DNA of 64,000 nt from an uncultured Verrucomicrobiae bacterium. GTDB lineage: Bacteria > Verrucomicrobiota > Verrucomicrobiia > Chthoniobacterales > JAFAMB01. A program made the position numbers and the translations under genes. Below, piece after piece: positions 1 to 10,317 of the stretch (position 1 is the stretch's first letter; each line of letters starts with the position of its first letter). The notes beneath the pieces are model-generated. The model searched no databases. It had not been told where the DNA came from and saw only the letters and a list, made by a program, of their open reading frames with translations. Where the stretch lies: contig CAWEXO010000014.1 of assembly GCA_963813025.1 (NCBI GenBank), positions 384,001 to 448,000 of the forward strand, given 5' to 3'.

Positions 1-970
1 CTGGGCGTCCACGCACCGTGAGGTGCAGGGCTTTTTTCCCCTGGTTGGTGTAGCCGCCCGGTTCGGTGCGGCTGCCGGCGCTCATCGAGGTCACTCCCAA
101 CGGGGCGACCAGGTCGCGCAGTCCAGCCGCCTCGCGGGTGCTCAGGACGATTCCGACCTGGGGAAAGCTCAGTCGCAAGGCACACAGCAGTTGCACAAAA
201 TCGCGATCCGAAAGAGGTGAGGTTGCCTGGAATTCTCCGGCTGCAGGACGAAGGCGTGGCAAGCTGACTGTAATCTGGGCGCGCCAGCAGACGCGTAGCA
301 AATATTCGATGTGTTCGGCGAGTGCCAGTGCTTCCCGGCGCCAATCGTCCAAACCGAGAAGGGCTCCTACGCCCAATCGTCGAAATCCCGCCTGATACGC
401 TCGTTCAGGGGTGCCGAGTCGCCAGACAAAGTCGCGTTTCGGTCCCGAGGTATGCAACTCCCGGTAGCGATCGGGATTATACGTTTCCTGATAGACCACC
501 AGTCCTTCCGCACCGGCCGCCACCAGCGTGCGATATTCCTCCGTTTTCAGCGGCGCTATTTCCAGGGCGAGAGACGGAATAAAAGGAAGAAGGCGGCCAA
601 TAACGGCTTGGAGGTAGCCGTTCGAGACAAATTTTGGATGCTCTCCCGACACCAGCAGCAAACTGCGAAAGCCCTGATCAAACAGGTAGCGTGCTTCCCG
701 TTCCACCTCTTCGGGAGAAAGTGTGAGGCGCAGGATCCGGTTGTCGCGGGAAAAGCCACAATAACGACAATTATTGATACACTCGTTGGAAAGATAGAGT
801 GGCGCGAACAGGCGCATCGTTCGGCCAAAAAACCGACGAGTGATGCGCGCGGCCTTCGCGCTGTAGCGATCGAAGGTGGCGTTGTCCCACGGCTCGATTC
901 GTTGAGCAAAGTCTCTCAGGAACGGGCTTTTTTGGCGATGTGGATCTTGGAAACGCTCGGCAAAGCACAT
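1..970 (-). CDS. thiH: 2-iminoacetate synthase ThiH (radical SAM), 3' end runs off the window
   Basis: Manual translation from ATG 970: MCFAERFQ...RTMRLFAPLYLSNECINNCRYCGFSRDN with CxxxCxxC motif. Not in the ORF track, apparently because no stop lies inside the window. Confidence 0.85.
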   Translation of the reverse strand, partial: MCFAERFQDPHRQKSPFLRDFAQRIEPWDNATFDRYSAKAARITRRFFGRTMRLFAPLYLSNECINNCRYCGFSRDNRILRLTLSPEEVEREARYLFDQGFRSLLLVSGEHPKFVSNGYLQAVIGRLLPFIPSLALEIAPLKTEEYRTLVAAGAEGLVVYQETYNPDRYRELHTSGPKRDFVWRLGTPERAYQAGFRRLGVGALLGLDDWRREALALAEHIEYLLRVCWRAQITVSLPRLRPAAGEFQATSPLSDRDFVQLLCALRLSFPQVGIVLSTREAAGLRDLVAPLGVTSMSAGSRTEPGGYTNQGKKALHLTVRGRP

Positions 971-1017
971 CTAGCAGGAAACTCTGTTGAGTTTGCCTTT
1001 TCGGCAATGGGAAAGTC

Positions 1018-1184
1018 TTGGAGTACGCGCGACTTGTCGCCGCTTTACGACCCGCGCGGAGCGCGGAAAAAAAAGAGGAACCGGAAACACACGCCCCGGT
1101 TACCGCAGTTGTAAAATCCTGGATATCTCTCTGAGGCGCGCTCCGCGCGGATCTCAAAGCGGCGATAGGTCGCACGCACTCCAA
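1018..1184. repeat. REP-like inverted-repeat doublet, family B (TTGGAGT(A/G)CGCGCGACTTGTCGCCGCTTT)
   Basis: Inverted arms at 1018-1066 and ~1137-1184; related copies at 45396, 57843, 60694 and a partial one near 21290. Confidence 0.8.
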
Positions 1185-1196
1185 AAATCCGCCTCG

Positions 1197-3899
1197 TCAG
1201 CCCGTCGGGGGTTGACGAATCTGGTAGTTCGGAAAACGCTCCTTCAGTTCCGACAACGTCTTTGAGGCTTGCACTGCGTCGCCGCATTGGCGGAAAGCCT
1301 CGTAAGCCTTTTCTAAAGCGCTAGGCGTAACCTCGGGATCCTCGTATAACACAGCGATACTCAGATAAGATCGGGCCGCGTTCTGATAATTTCCTTTGGC
1401 CGACTCCACGTCGCCGACAGCCATCCGGGCAGCCGCATTCAGCCGTCCTTCGGGTTCCAAGCTCAACGCTTCTTGGGCGGAATGGGTCGCTTCTTCAAAC
1501 TGGTGGGCGCCCGCTTGGGCCTCGCTGAGCGGGATCAATGCCTGGGCGCGCATCGTCGGATCCGTCGCTTTCGCAAGATACGCGTTCAGAGCGGCGATCG
1601 CCTCCGGAAATTGCTTGAGCGCAAGCTGCGATTTCCCGAGCAGGAACCAGATATCCCGGTCTAGCTTCTCCTTATCGGAGTTTTGGGTCAGCAAGGAGAG
1701 ATACTTGGCAGCCGACGCATAATTTTTGTCAGCGAAGAAGCTGGTTCCAAGCCAGCGGCAGGTGTCGTCGACCAATTGCGTCTGCTTTGGATCGCTCTGA
1801 ATGAGGGCGTCCACCTCCCGGGCGGCGTCACTCTTTCGGTTGAGGAGCTGATAGGAATAGATGAGCCGCAGACTTACCTTCTCGTTATATTCCGCAGGAT
1901 CCAACCGGCGAGCGTTCGCGAGCGGTTGGAGCGCATCGGCATAGCGCTTGGCCTCGAAATCGGCCCAGCCCACCCAATAATTCGCTTGTGCCGCTCCTGG
2001 ACTGTTGGGGTAATCATGAAGGAATTGCTCAAAAGTGTTTGCCATCTCGGCGTACTGACCTTTTTGACCGAGCGTGAGAGCTTTCTGCAGCAAGGCGGTT
2101 TCGCGTTCCGGTGCGGAGGGATATAACTGGATAACCTTGTCGAAATCGGTAATTGCCGCCGGGTAATTCTTAAGCTGCTGATACAACAGGGCCCGCTTGA
2201 GAAGCGCTTTCACGGCCAGCTTGTAGGATGGGAACTTATCCAGGAGACCGCTAAACGCATTGATCGCCGCCTGCGGCGAATTCAGCTGGCTTAAACTATA
2301 TCCGGCCGCGTAATAACACTCCGCCTTGTAGGCATCCGGCAACGACGAATTAGCGAGTTCCAGGTAAAGCCTGGCCGAAAGATCGTATTTGCCCTGTTGT
2401 ACTAGAGCCTGGGCCTTCAACAGTTTCGCCTTGTCCGCCTTTTCGCCGCTTGGATTTGTTTCCAGGAAAGTATCGATGGCCATGATGAGGCTCGGATCCT
2501 TCGTCGCCTCGAACGACACCAAGCGCTGATAGCGGGCGTCGGCCGCTTCTGGAGTGGCGGGAAATTGGCGGATGAGCTGGTTATAAAACTCGAGCGCTCT
2601 TTGATGTTTCCCCAGTTGCCGGTAGGAATTGGCGACCAGCAGCAAGACACTTGGTTTAGTCTCTTCTCCGAGAGCATCAACATTGCGGCTGTAGGAATCC
2701 AAGACCTGGGAAAACTTGTCGCCATCGTACTGCAGCTTCATCAACTCCAGCTGAGCAATCTGTTTCCATTTCGGGTCGCTCGTGCCGCTGATGGCAGATT
2801 TGAAAAGCTGCTCCGCTCGATCCTTTTGGTTCAGATCGCCGGCCAGAATTCCCGCGCGAACGGTTGCCTCCGCGCGGACCGGCGGTTTGGTAGCCTCGTT
2901 GGCGAGTTCGGAAAATCGGTTAAACGCTTCCTGTTTGTCTCCATTGTCGAGCGCAAAATAAGCCAGCGAGAGATTCGCGGCATCGCGGTACGGGTTTTTG
3001 TTGTTGTTCGCGACTACATCCTCGTAAGCGGCTTTCGCTTCGGCCTTCTTATTCAGCAACTCGTAGGATTTTGCTTCATAATAGCGGGCGGTCACCTTCA
3101 CTTCCGGCGATTTCGCGTTGGCGTAAGCCTTTTCATAGAGCGGTATAGCGTCCCAGAACGCTTTTCGGTCGAACTCGCGAGAAGCGAGCCGGAACGCCGC
3201 GCTTCCGACGAACTCGCCGGAGCCGATCTCGCTGATGAGCATCCGGTAGGTATTCACGGCGGGACCTTCCTGTCCGATGCGGGCGTAGCAGTCCGCCATC
3301 CGGTACATGGCCGCGGCCCGTCCGGTCGCATCGCGAAACTCGCCCAAATATTTTTCGTATTCGGGCGCAGCCAGGTCATAGAGCTTGCGCTCGTAAAGGC
3401 CGTCGGCCACTGCTAATTGCGCTTTGGCGGGATCGAGGTCGGTTGGACCGCCTGAAGAACCGCTGGGGGCGAGCCGAATTTCATCATTGGTGCCAACCTG
3501 GTCTCTGGTCTTGATGTCGGGCTCGGCTGCACTGCCGGCTGAATCAGGAGCTTTGGGATGGGGTTGGACGATAGCCGCAGGCGTTTGCGGCGTACCCGGC
3601 CTCTCTTGGCGGATCCCCTCGTTCAGGATCGATTGCGGCTCCAGTTCCGAGGCGGGCGAACCTGGATTGACGGGCAACGCGCGCGGAGCAGGGGCGGGGG
3701 TGGGCGTCGGGTTAACGGGTAGTGCCCGTCGAACCTCCTGGCCTGCCACAGGCCGGAATGGCACAGAACCAAACAGCAAAAAAACCAGCAGCAGAGGATG
3801 TCCCCGGATGTGCCCGAACCACCAGCGCTTACGCGAGAACCCTCCAGCCAGATGCTTGGCCGTGTCCGATTCCTGAGCCTGTCTCCGAGGTTGTCGCAT
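1197..3899 (-). CDS. Large exported tetratricopeptide-repeat protein (YbgF/BamD-like repeats)
   Basis: 900 aa, hydrophobic N-terminal segment, Pro-rich linker, many TPR-like helical repeats; downstream of exbB/exbD. Confidence 0.8.
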   Translation of the reverse strand: MRQPRRQAQESDTAKHLAGGFSRKRWWFGHIRGHPLLLVFLLFGSVPFRPVAGQEVRRALPVNPTPTPAPAPRALPVNPGSPASELEPQSILNEGIRQERPGTPQTPAAIVQPHPKAPDSAGSAAEPDIKTRDQVGTNDEIRLAPSGSSGGPTDLDPAKAQLAVADGLYERKLYDLAAPEYEKYLGEFRDATGRAAAMYRMADCYARIGQEGPAVNTYRMLISEIGSGEFVGSAAFRLASREFDRKAFWDAIPLYEKAYANAKSPEVKVTARYYEAKSYELLNKKAEAKAAYEDVVANNNKNPYRDAANLSLAYFALDNGDKQEAFNRFSELANEATKPPVRAEATVRAGILAGDLNQKDRAEQLFKSAISGTSDPKWKQIAQLELMKLQYDGDKFSQVLDSYSRNVDALGEETKPSVLLLVANSYRQLGKHQRALEFYNQLIRQFPATPEAADARYQRLVSFEATKDPSLIMAIDTFLETNPSGEKADKAKLLKAQALVQQGKYDLSARLYLELANSSLPDAYKAECYYAAGYSLSQLNSPQAAINAFSGLLDKFPSYKLAVKALLKRALLYQQLKNYPAAITDFDKVIQLYPSAPERETALLQKALTLGQKGQYAEMANTFEQFLHDYPNSPGAAQANYWVGWADFEAKRYADALQPLANARRLDPAEYNEKVSLRLIYSYQLLNRKSDAAREVDALIQSDPKQTQLVDDTCRWLGTSFFADKNYASAAKYLSLLTQNSDKEKLDRDIWFLLGKSQLALKQFPEAIAALNAYLAKATDPTMRAQALIPLSEAQAGAHQFEEATHSAQEALSLEPEGRLNAAARMAVGDVESAKGNYQNAARSYLSIAVLYEDPEVTPSALEKAYEAFRQCGDAVQASKTLSELKERFPNYQIRQPPTG

Positions 3900-3977
3900 T
3901 CGATCAACGGTTAGCCGTTGCCAGCGTTAAGGGCAGCCACTCTCGCTCCTCGCCCGCTGTCGCGGAACAGCAAAATA

Positions 3978-4394
3978 TCATTGCCCCGGTTTCCCGGTCG
4001 CAAACGCAACATTCCAAATATCCGCTTGCCGGCAAATATCCAGCACTTGGACAATATGGTTGTATTCGACCGCCTCGTCCCCGCGCACGATTACCGCCTG
4101 ATCGGGATAGAGCTGGGCCAGTCTCTTTAACTGGTCGAGCAATTCCGCACCTGTCTTGGTCTGGCGATTGACGACGATTGTGCCGTCCGCTTTCACGTTA
4201 ATGACGACCTGGCCAACGTAAGGCTGCGGCTCATTGGCTTTGGCAGCACTCGGCACCCTGACATCCAGCTCGTTTTCGGTGAGGGCGAAATTCCAGGTAA
4301 CAATAAAGAAGACCAGGACGACAAGCAGTATGTCGACCATGGGGGCAATCATAAACCCGAAAACCCGGGGTTCGGCGTACTTACGAAAATTCAT
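3978..4394 (-). CDS. exbD: Biopolymer transporter ExbD/TolR
   Basis: IAPMVDILLVVLVFF transmembrane segment with conserved Asp; VIVRGD motif. Confidence 0.9.
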   Translation of the reverse strand: MNFRKYAEPRVFGFMIAPMVDILLVVLVFFIVTWNFALTENELDVRVPSAAKANEPQPYVGQVVINVKADGTIVVNRQTKTGAELLDQLKRLAQLYPDQAVIVRGDEAVEYNHIVQVLDICRQADIWNVAFATGKPGQ

Positions 4395-5140
4395 CAGACT
4401 TCCTTCTCCAGCACACGACTACGTTCCTGGCGTCGCGAATGCTGCGTAACGACGATACTCACCAGATGCGAAGTCGCCGCCTCCAAATCGGAGATCATCC
4501 GGGAAACCTTGCCGCGAAACAAGGAGTAGAAGGCCATCGCAATGATGCCGACCACCAATCCGGCGGCCGTTGTTACCAGGGCTTGAGCGACGCCGCCGGC
4601 AAGTAGGATCTGGCGTGGCTGAGTGGTATTGCCTGCCAGCACTCCAAAGGAGTTGATAATACCGACAACCGTTCCAAGCAGGCCGAGCATCGGAGCGAGG
4701 GTCGCGATGTCTGCCAAATAAACGATGCGTTGATTCAGACTACTGCTTACCCGGCTTCCCTCTGTTTCGGCGACCTCACGAATAGAATCAACCGGAGCCG
4801 ACGGGTTCTTTGTCGTGAAGTCCAGCACCCGGGCCGTGATGCGAGCAATCGCTTCGGAGTGCCGATTGGAAACCGCAATCAGTCCGAGATAGTCTCGCTT
4901 GCGCAACAAGGCTTCAGCAGTCTCCATGAAGCGGCGACTGACAACCGTTCCCCTCCGCAGACTGACCAGACAAGCGAAGACCAGGGCCAGAGTCAAAACC
5001 GACGCGAGCACCAGTGGGATCATGACCCAGCCGCCCGCCTGCAAAAGTTTGAGGACAGTCGCCTGCGCAGATCCGGGAGTGGGAGTGGCCTCCGCGGCTT
5101 GAGCGAGTAGCGGGACGAACGCCGGTACGAACAGATTCAT
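4394..5140 (-). CDS. exbB: MotA/TolQ/ExbB proton channel protein
   Basis: IATLAPMLGLLGTVVGII and ALVTTAAGLVVGI motifs; stop overlaps the exbD start. Confidence 0.9.
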   Translation of the reverse strand: MNLFVPAFVPLLAQAAEATPTPGSAQATVLKLLQAGGWVMIPLVLASVLTLALVFACLVSLRRGTVVSRRFMETAEALLRKRDYLGLIAVSNRHSEAIARITARVLDFTTKNPSAPVDSIREVAETEGSRVSSSLNQRIVYLADIATLAPMLGLLGTVVGIINSFGVLAGNTTQPRQILLAGGVAQALVTTAAGLVVGIIAMAFYSLFRGKVSRMISDLEAATSHLVSIVVTQHSRRQERSRVLEKEV

Positions 5141-5365
5141 GAAATAGGGGTGTATTTAAACGCACCCCCGCCAGAAGTGCAAACCCAATGAACAGTGGCC
5201 TGAGCCGCCTGAGCGGTGCGCCCTGCGCCTATTAGGTCCTATCGGTCCTGTGCGTCCCATAGGACTTGTGTGTCCCCGAAACAACCAAGCCCGCACGATG
5301 GAGCAACCCGCTCCCGCCTGCGCCGCTCGCTTCGCTCCGAGCTGTGGCGGGCAGGCAAGCCGCCG

Positions 5366-5425
5366 GCACCAGCACTAGCACTAGCACTGGCACTGCCACT
5401 GCCACTGACACTGGCACTGGCACTG
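5366..5425. repeat. Hexamer tandem repeat (GCACTR-like x10) upstream of uvrC
   Basis: gcacca gcacta gcacta gcactg gcactg ccactg ccactg acactg gcactg gcactg. Confidence 0.85.
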
Positions 5426-5451
5426 CCTTCCCACCCGAGGTAGTTTGAATT

Positions 5452-7026
5452 GTGGAAGTGCTCGGCGAGAAACCTGATCTGAACGTCAAGCTGCGCGACG
5501 CGCCGCACAAGCCTGGTGTTTATCTGATGCGTGATCGATTGAAGCGGGTCATCTACGTCGGAAAGGCCAGGGACCTGAGGAAACGGCTCGCTCAGCATTT
5601 TATGCCGTCGCGCCGCGTCACGGCCGATCTGAAAAGCCGCGCCTTGCTGGATAGCGTCTGGGATTTCGAATTTCACGTGGTCAAGAACGAACCGGAAGCT
5701 TTGTTGCTTGAAGGAAAGCTGATCAAAGAATTTCGGCCAAAGTACAATATCAGCTTTCGGGACGATAAGAGGTTTCTCCTGGTCAAGGTGAATCTCGGTG
5801 ATGCGATCCCCCGATTTCAGCTTGCTCGCTTGCGCAAGGATGACGGATGCCGCTATTTCGGTCCTTTTGCGCATGCGGGAGCGCTCCGTTCGACCCTGAG
5901 CTGGATGCGGAAGCGCTTTGGCATTCGGTCCTGCCGCGCCCCGGAACCGGGCGAAGTCGACTACCGCCGCTGTCTTGATCACATAATCAAGAATTGTTCG
6001 GCACCCTGTATTCGCAAAGTTAGTTTGGAGGAGTATCGGCAGCGCGTATTGGCCGCCTGCGAATTCCTGGAAGGCCAAAGCCAGGAGATGCTGGCCCAAC
6101 TCGAGGAAGAGATGCAACGCGCAGCCGCCAAACTGGATTTTGAGCGTGCGGCAGAGCTGCGCAACATGATTGACGACCTCCGGCGCACTACTCGCCCGAC
6201 GAGGAGGTTCACCCGGGGTTCTTTGCCATCCGCGCTCGACCCGGAGGCCGATGTGCATTCCCTTGCTGACGCGTTGCATCTGTCGGAGCCACCGGTCGTC
6301 ATGGAATGCTTTGACATCTCGAATATTTCGACCACGCACATCGTCGCGTCGATGGTCAGTTTTCGATCGGGCGTTCCCGATAAATCCAATTATCGTCGGT
6401 ACCGCATTCGGACAGTGGCCGGGCAAGACGATTTTGCGAGCATGGCGGAAGTAGTCCGTCGCCGTTACTCCCGCGTTTTACTGGAAGGCAAACAACTCGA
6501 CCCGGAAGCGACGGAGTACACGCAAGAGGTTCCCAGTGCCGCGCTGCGGAGGGTAAACAGATCCCAGGGCGAAAGACTCGTCCGGCTGCCTGACCTCATT
6601 ATCGTGGACGGCGGCAGAGGTCAGCTCAATGCCGCCTGCCGCGAACTGCAGCGGCTCGGACTGAGCGACTTGCCGATTATCGGTCTCGCCAAAGAATATG
6701 AGGAAATCTATCGGCCCGGCGAAGCGATACCGCTCCGTCTACCGGAAGAGTCTGGCGCTCTGCAACTTCTGCAGCGGATCCGGGACGAAGCACATCGTTT
6801 TGCTAACGGGTACCATCAATTGCTCATGAAGAAGCGCGTCGCTGAGAGCATCCTCGATGACTGTCCGGGGGTGAGCGAGAACCGGAAACAAGCGCTTCTG
6901 CGCGCCTTCGGTTCCGTCGACCGCATCCGGAAAGCTGCCCGTGAAGAATTAGCAAAGGTTGGTGGAATCAGCGATAAGCTGGCCGAAACCATCTGGCGCT
7001 TTCTCAGAAGAGCAGGAGGCAGCTGA
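5452..7026 (+). CDS. uvrC: Excinuclease ABC subunit C
   Basis: GIY-YIG domain (PGVYLM..VIYVGKA), UVR domain, ECFDIS, DGGRGQ, RDEAHRFA and C-terminal HhH. Confidence 0.95.
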   Translation: MEVLGEKPDLNVKLRDAPHKPGVYLMRDRLKRVIYVGKARDLRKRLAQHFMPSRRVTADLKSRALLDSVWDFEFHVVKNEPEALLLEGKLIKEFRPKYNISFRDDKRFLLVKVNLGDAIPRFQLARLRKDDGCRYFGPFAHAGALRSTLSWMRKRFGIRSCRAPEPGEVDYRRCLDHIIKNCSAPCIRKVSLEEYRQRVLAACEFLEGQSQEMLAQLEEEMQRAAAKLDFERAAELRNMIDDLRRTTRPTRRFTRGSLPSALDPEADVHSLADALHLSEPPVVMECFDISNISTTHIVASMVSFRSGVPDKSNYRRYRIRTVAGQDDFASMAEVVRRRYSRVLLEGKQLDPEATEYTQEVPSAALRRVNRSQGERLVRLPDLIIVDGGRGQLNAACRELQRLGLSDLPIIGLAKEYEEIYRPGEAIPLRLPEESGALQLLQRIRDEAHRFANGYHQLLMKKRVAESILDDCPGVSENRKQALLRAFGSVDRIRKAAREELAKVGGISDKLAETIWRFLRRAGGS

Positions 7027-7210
7027 CAGCTGGACCGTAGATCAGTCGATCGAGCGGCGGGAGCGGCGGGAGCGGTTTCAGCGGCGGAAGTTAGTGCGAG
7101 AGCAGCGGGAGGTACGAGCTACGGGGAAGTCAGCGCTGTTCGGATTTTTGTTTTCCTAACTGGCACCTACCTCCCACCGCTCCCGCCGCTCCCGCCGCTC
7201 GATTGACTGC
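7019..7210. repeat. Family C repeat (GCAGCTGA...AGCGGCGGGAGCGG) with an inverted arm
   Basis: Forward arm 7019-7100, inverted arm ~7175-7210; relatives at 25130, 45251, 50407, 59387, 62255. Confidence 0.75.
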
Positions 7211-7277
7211 CTCCTGGACTTCTGCCTTCTAAAAAGTGGTTGCGCCGGTCGGGGTCCGGTGGTGATTTACCTGCCCA

Positions 7278-9147
7278 ATGGGATGTAAGCTGCTTCTGTG
7301 GACTTTATGCGTCGCCCCAGTGCTATTTTCTACGGCGCAGGCCCAGGAGCCAACGGCAACCGAACCGCCGCATCTGCAACCTAGCTGGGAAACGCAGAAG
7401 CGCTCCGCGGCCTACACCATGGCGATTCCGGCGCCTCGCGGCCAGATCACCGATCGCAACGGAGTGCCGCTGGCCCAGACCCGCATTGCCTATAACCTGA
7501 GCATCGTTTTCCCGACACCGCTCAACTTCACCGACGCGCAGATAATCGATTTTGCTAATCGCGATGCCGCCGTGGCCAAGGCGTTGCTGAACCGGCCGGT
7601 GAATGTATCACCCGACTTGGTCGTTCAGCATTATCGAAACCGTGGATTGATCCCGTTCGATATCGTCACCGATCTCCCGGAAGATCAGGCCAACGCCCTG
7701 CGCAAGCAGTTGCCGTCAGAGATGGTGCTCCGGGCCGTTTACCTGCGTTTTTATCCGCAGGGATCCGTGGCGGGACATATTGTTGGTTACATCGGACGAA
7801 CCAGCCGGGCTAGTACCAAGGTGCTGCAAAATAACGATCCGCTCTTGGCCCGAAAGCGAAGGCCGCGAAGGCTTGGAGCAGAGTTTCGATGAGCAGCTCC
7901 GCGGTAGAGATGGCCAGCTGGAGTTCACCTTTGATAAAGACGGCAACAAGGCCGGTGAACGGATCACGGCCCCACCCGAACCAGGTTACAACGTAGTCAC
8001 GACCATCGATATCGATTTGCAGCGGCTTGCGGAAAAGATCCTGGCAAAGCGCTGCCGCCGGGGTGCTCTTGTCGTCATCGATCCGAACAACGGCGAAGTG
8101 CTGGCAATCGCCTCCTGGCCCACGTTTGATCCCAACGATTTTGTTCCCTCGATTTCGCCCGAGAAATTTCAACGCCTGGTGAATGATCCGAACATTCCGC
8201 TTCTGCCCCGGGCTTTCCGTTCGGCCTACCCGGCAGGCTCAACTTTCAAAGTATTTGTGGGGGTTGCGGGTTTCCAGACACATCGGATCAATCCGGATAC
8301 ATCGTTCGACTGTGTTTCAGCAATGGACATTGGAAATCTGGTGTTCCACAACTGGCGACACCACGATGCGGGCGATCTGGATTTTCGGCAGGCCCTCACC
8401 CAATCCTGCGACACCTGGTTTTACCGTCTTGGCCTGCGGCTCGGGGCAGCTCCCATGGTGGAATGGGCGACTCGATTCGGTCTGGGGAGAAAGACGGGAG
8501 TTTTACTGAATGGGGAGGCCGATGGCCGCATTCCAAACAATGATTACATGCAGGTGACTTACCATCGCCGTTTCGCGCCGGGCGACCTCGCCAATTTTGC
8601 GATCGGCCAAGGCGATATTCTGATCTCGCCGCTTCAGATGGCCCAAGCCATGGGAACTATCGCCAATGGCGGAACGCTTTACCAGACGCGCATCGTTCGC
8701 CAAGTCCAAACATTGAACAACGAGGTGGTCTACAGCTACCCTCCGCGCGCGATCGATCTTTTGAAATTGGAAACGGTCACGCGAGACCAACTTCGCCAAG
8801 CGATGATTGGGGTAGTCTCCGGCTCGGACGGGACGGCTGGTGCGGCCCAGGTCGATGGGGTGAAAGTGGCCGGCAAAACGGGAACGGCTCAGTGGGGACC
8901 GAAAGCTAAGGAGCGAACCGCCGCCTGGTTTGCCGGGTTTGCGCCGGCGGAGAAAAGCCGATATGCCTTTTCCGCGCTTTACGAGGGAAACGTGAGGGAA
9001 AAAGTACACGGAGGTACCCAGGCCGCCCCGATCATTGGACAATTCCTCCGAACAGTTTTCAAAGATGAATCGGCTCCCAAAAAAGGGCAGGGGAGCCAGG
9101 ATGAGATGGATGATGAGGCGCCTTCGGGTTCCGATCAAAGTGACTGA
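7278..9147 (+). CDS. mrdA: Penicillin-binding protein 2, split by a +1 frameshift near 7845 (error or pseudogene)
   Basis: ORF 7278-7892 has the dimerisation domain (IPAPRGQITDRNG); ORF 7780-9147 has STFK, SCD and KTGT. Removing one T of CTCTTGG joins them as NNDPLWPESEG. Confidence 0.85.
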
Positions 9148-9193
9148 CCCAAAAACCGTTTGCAGGTTTTCACCTTTGCGTGGAGGGTCGCCC

Positions 9194-10037
9194 GATGTTG
9201 ATTAAGAGGTTTGTTTTGGCGGGGCTCCTCGTGGCCGCCCCGGCTTTTTCACAAAATACAGCGCCGAGCCCCGCGACGAGTAATAGTTCCCCCGCGGCAG
9301 CCAATCCGTCCTCGCCCTTCAAGGACAAGAAAGACAAAGTTAGCTACAGTTTGGGAGTTGATATCGGGCGTACGCTTACCCGGCTGCAGTTGGATCTCAA
9401 TCAGGACGCGCTCACGCAGGGCATGGGTGATGTGCTCGCCAAGAAGCCGCTCGCGATGAGCGATCAAGAGCTGCAACAGACTTTGCAAAGTTTTCAGCAG
9501 CAGATGATGCAGAAGCAGCAAGCGGCCATGGCCAAGAAGCAGGAAGAGATGAAGGCGAGCGCCGGTCGGAACAAGGCTGAAGGGAAAAAGTTTCTGGACG
9601 AGAACAGCAAGAAGCCCGGAGTCAAGACCCTGCCCAGCGGGTTGCAGTATAAGGTTGTCAAAGAGGGTACCGGTGAGCGGCCGAAAGATACCGACGTCGT
9701 TACGGCAAATTATCGGGGAACATTAATTGACGGGAAAGAGTTTGATAGTTCGGAGAAGAATGGCGGACCGGTTAGTCTCCCGGTGAGCGGGGTAATCAAA
9801 GGCTGGTCGGAGGCTCTCAAACTGATGCCGGTTGGTTCGAAGTGGGAAATTTATGTTCCCTCTGAGCTGGGTTATGGTGACGAAGGCGCCGGTGAGGACA
9901 TCGCGCCCGGTTCCACTCTGATTTTTGACGTCGAATTGCTTGGCGTCAAGAAAGGCGCGAACACTGCTCCGCAAGCCGGACCATCGCCTCAAGGCTCTCC
10001 GACGACGGAATCCGCTCCTCCCGGCAAGAATCCTTAA
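9194..10037 (+). CDS. FKBP-type peptidyl-prolyl isomerase (FkpA/Mip-like)
   Basis: Signal peptide, SYSLG, LPSGLQY, VIKGWSEAL, IAPGSTLIFDVEL. Confidence 0.92.
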
Positions 10038-10053
10038 TCTTTGACACGGCGCC

Positions 10054-10242
10054 GTTAGGGCGAGAATTCATCCGAGCCGGACGCTGGGGATCGCCAACCG
10101 GGCGCCTCAAACAAGGTTCGAAGGCTCGCACCCGGCGGTCGGAGGTTCCGAGACACCCCCGGGAGTTGCCGTCACCAACAATCAGCTTCCGAGACGGCTC
10201 AAACGAGTCCTCGCTGAGGCTCGGATGAACTTTCGCCCTACC
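10054..10242. repeat. GTAG-type REP doublet, family A
   Basis: TAGGGCGAGAATTCATCCGAGCC and inverted GCTCGGATGAACTTTCGCCCTACC between convergent genes. Confidence 0.8.
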
Positions 10243-10317
10243 GGACCCGGAAAAGCAGGTGGTTGCGTAACCCTCCACGATGATCACCTGCTCGGGAGCG
10301 AATTCTCGCCCGACCGA

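Noticed and set aside
311..1114. 267-aa plus-strand ORF
   Set aside because: Antisense shadow of thiH; likewise 5239-6426, 2565-3416 and 44306-45346 shadow real genes
971..1196. TPP riboswitch upstream of thiH
   Set aside because: No TGAGA/CTGA core arrangement; the space is filled by a family B repeat
7830..7860. Programmed frameshift in mrdA
   Set aside because: No slippery heptamer or obvious stimulatory structure
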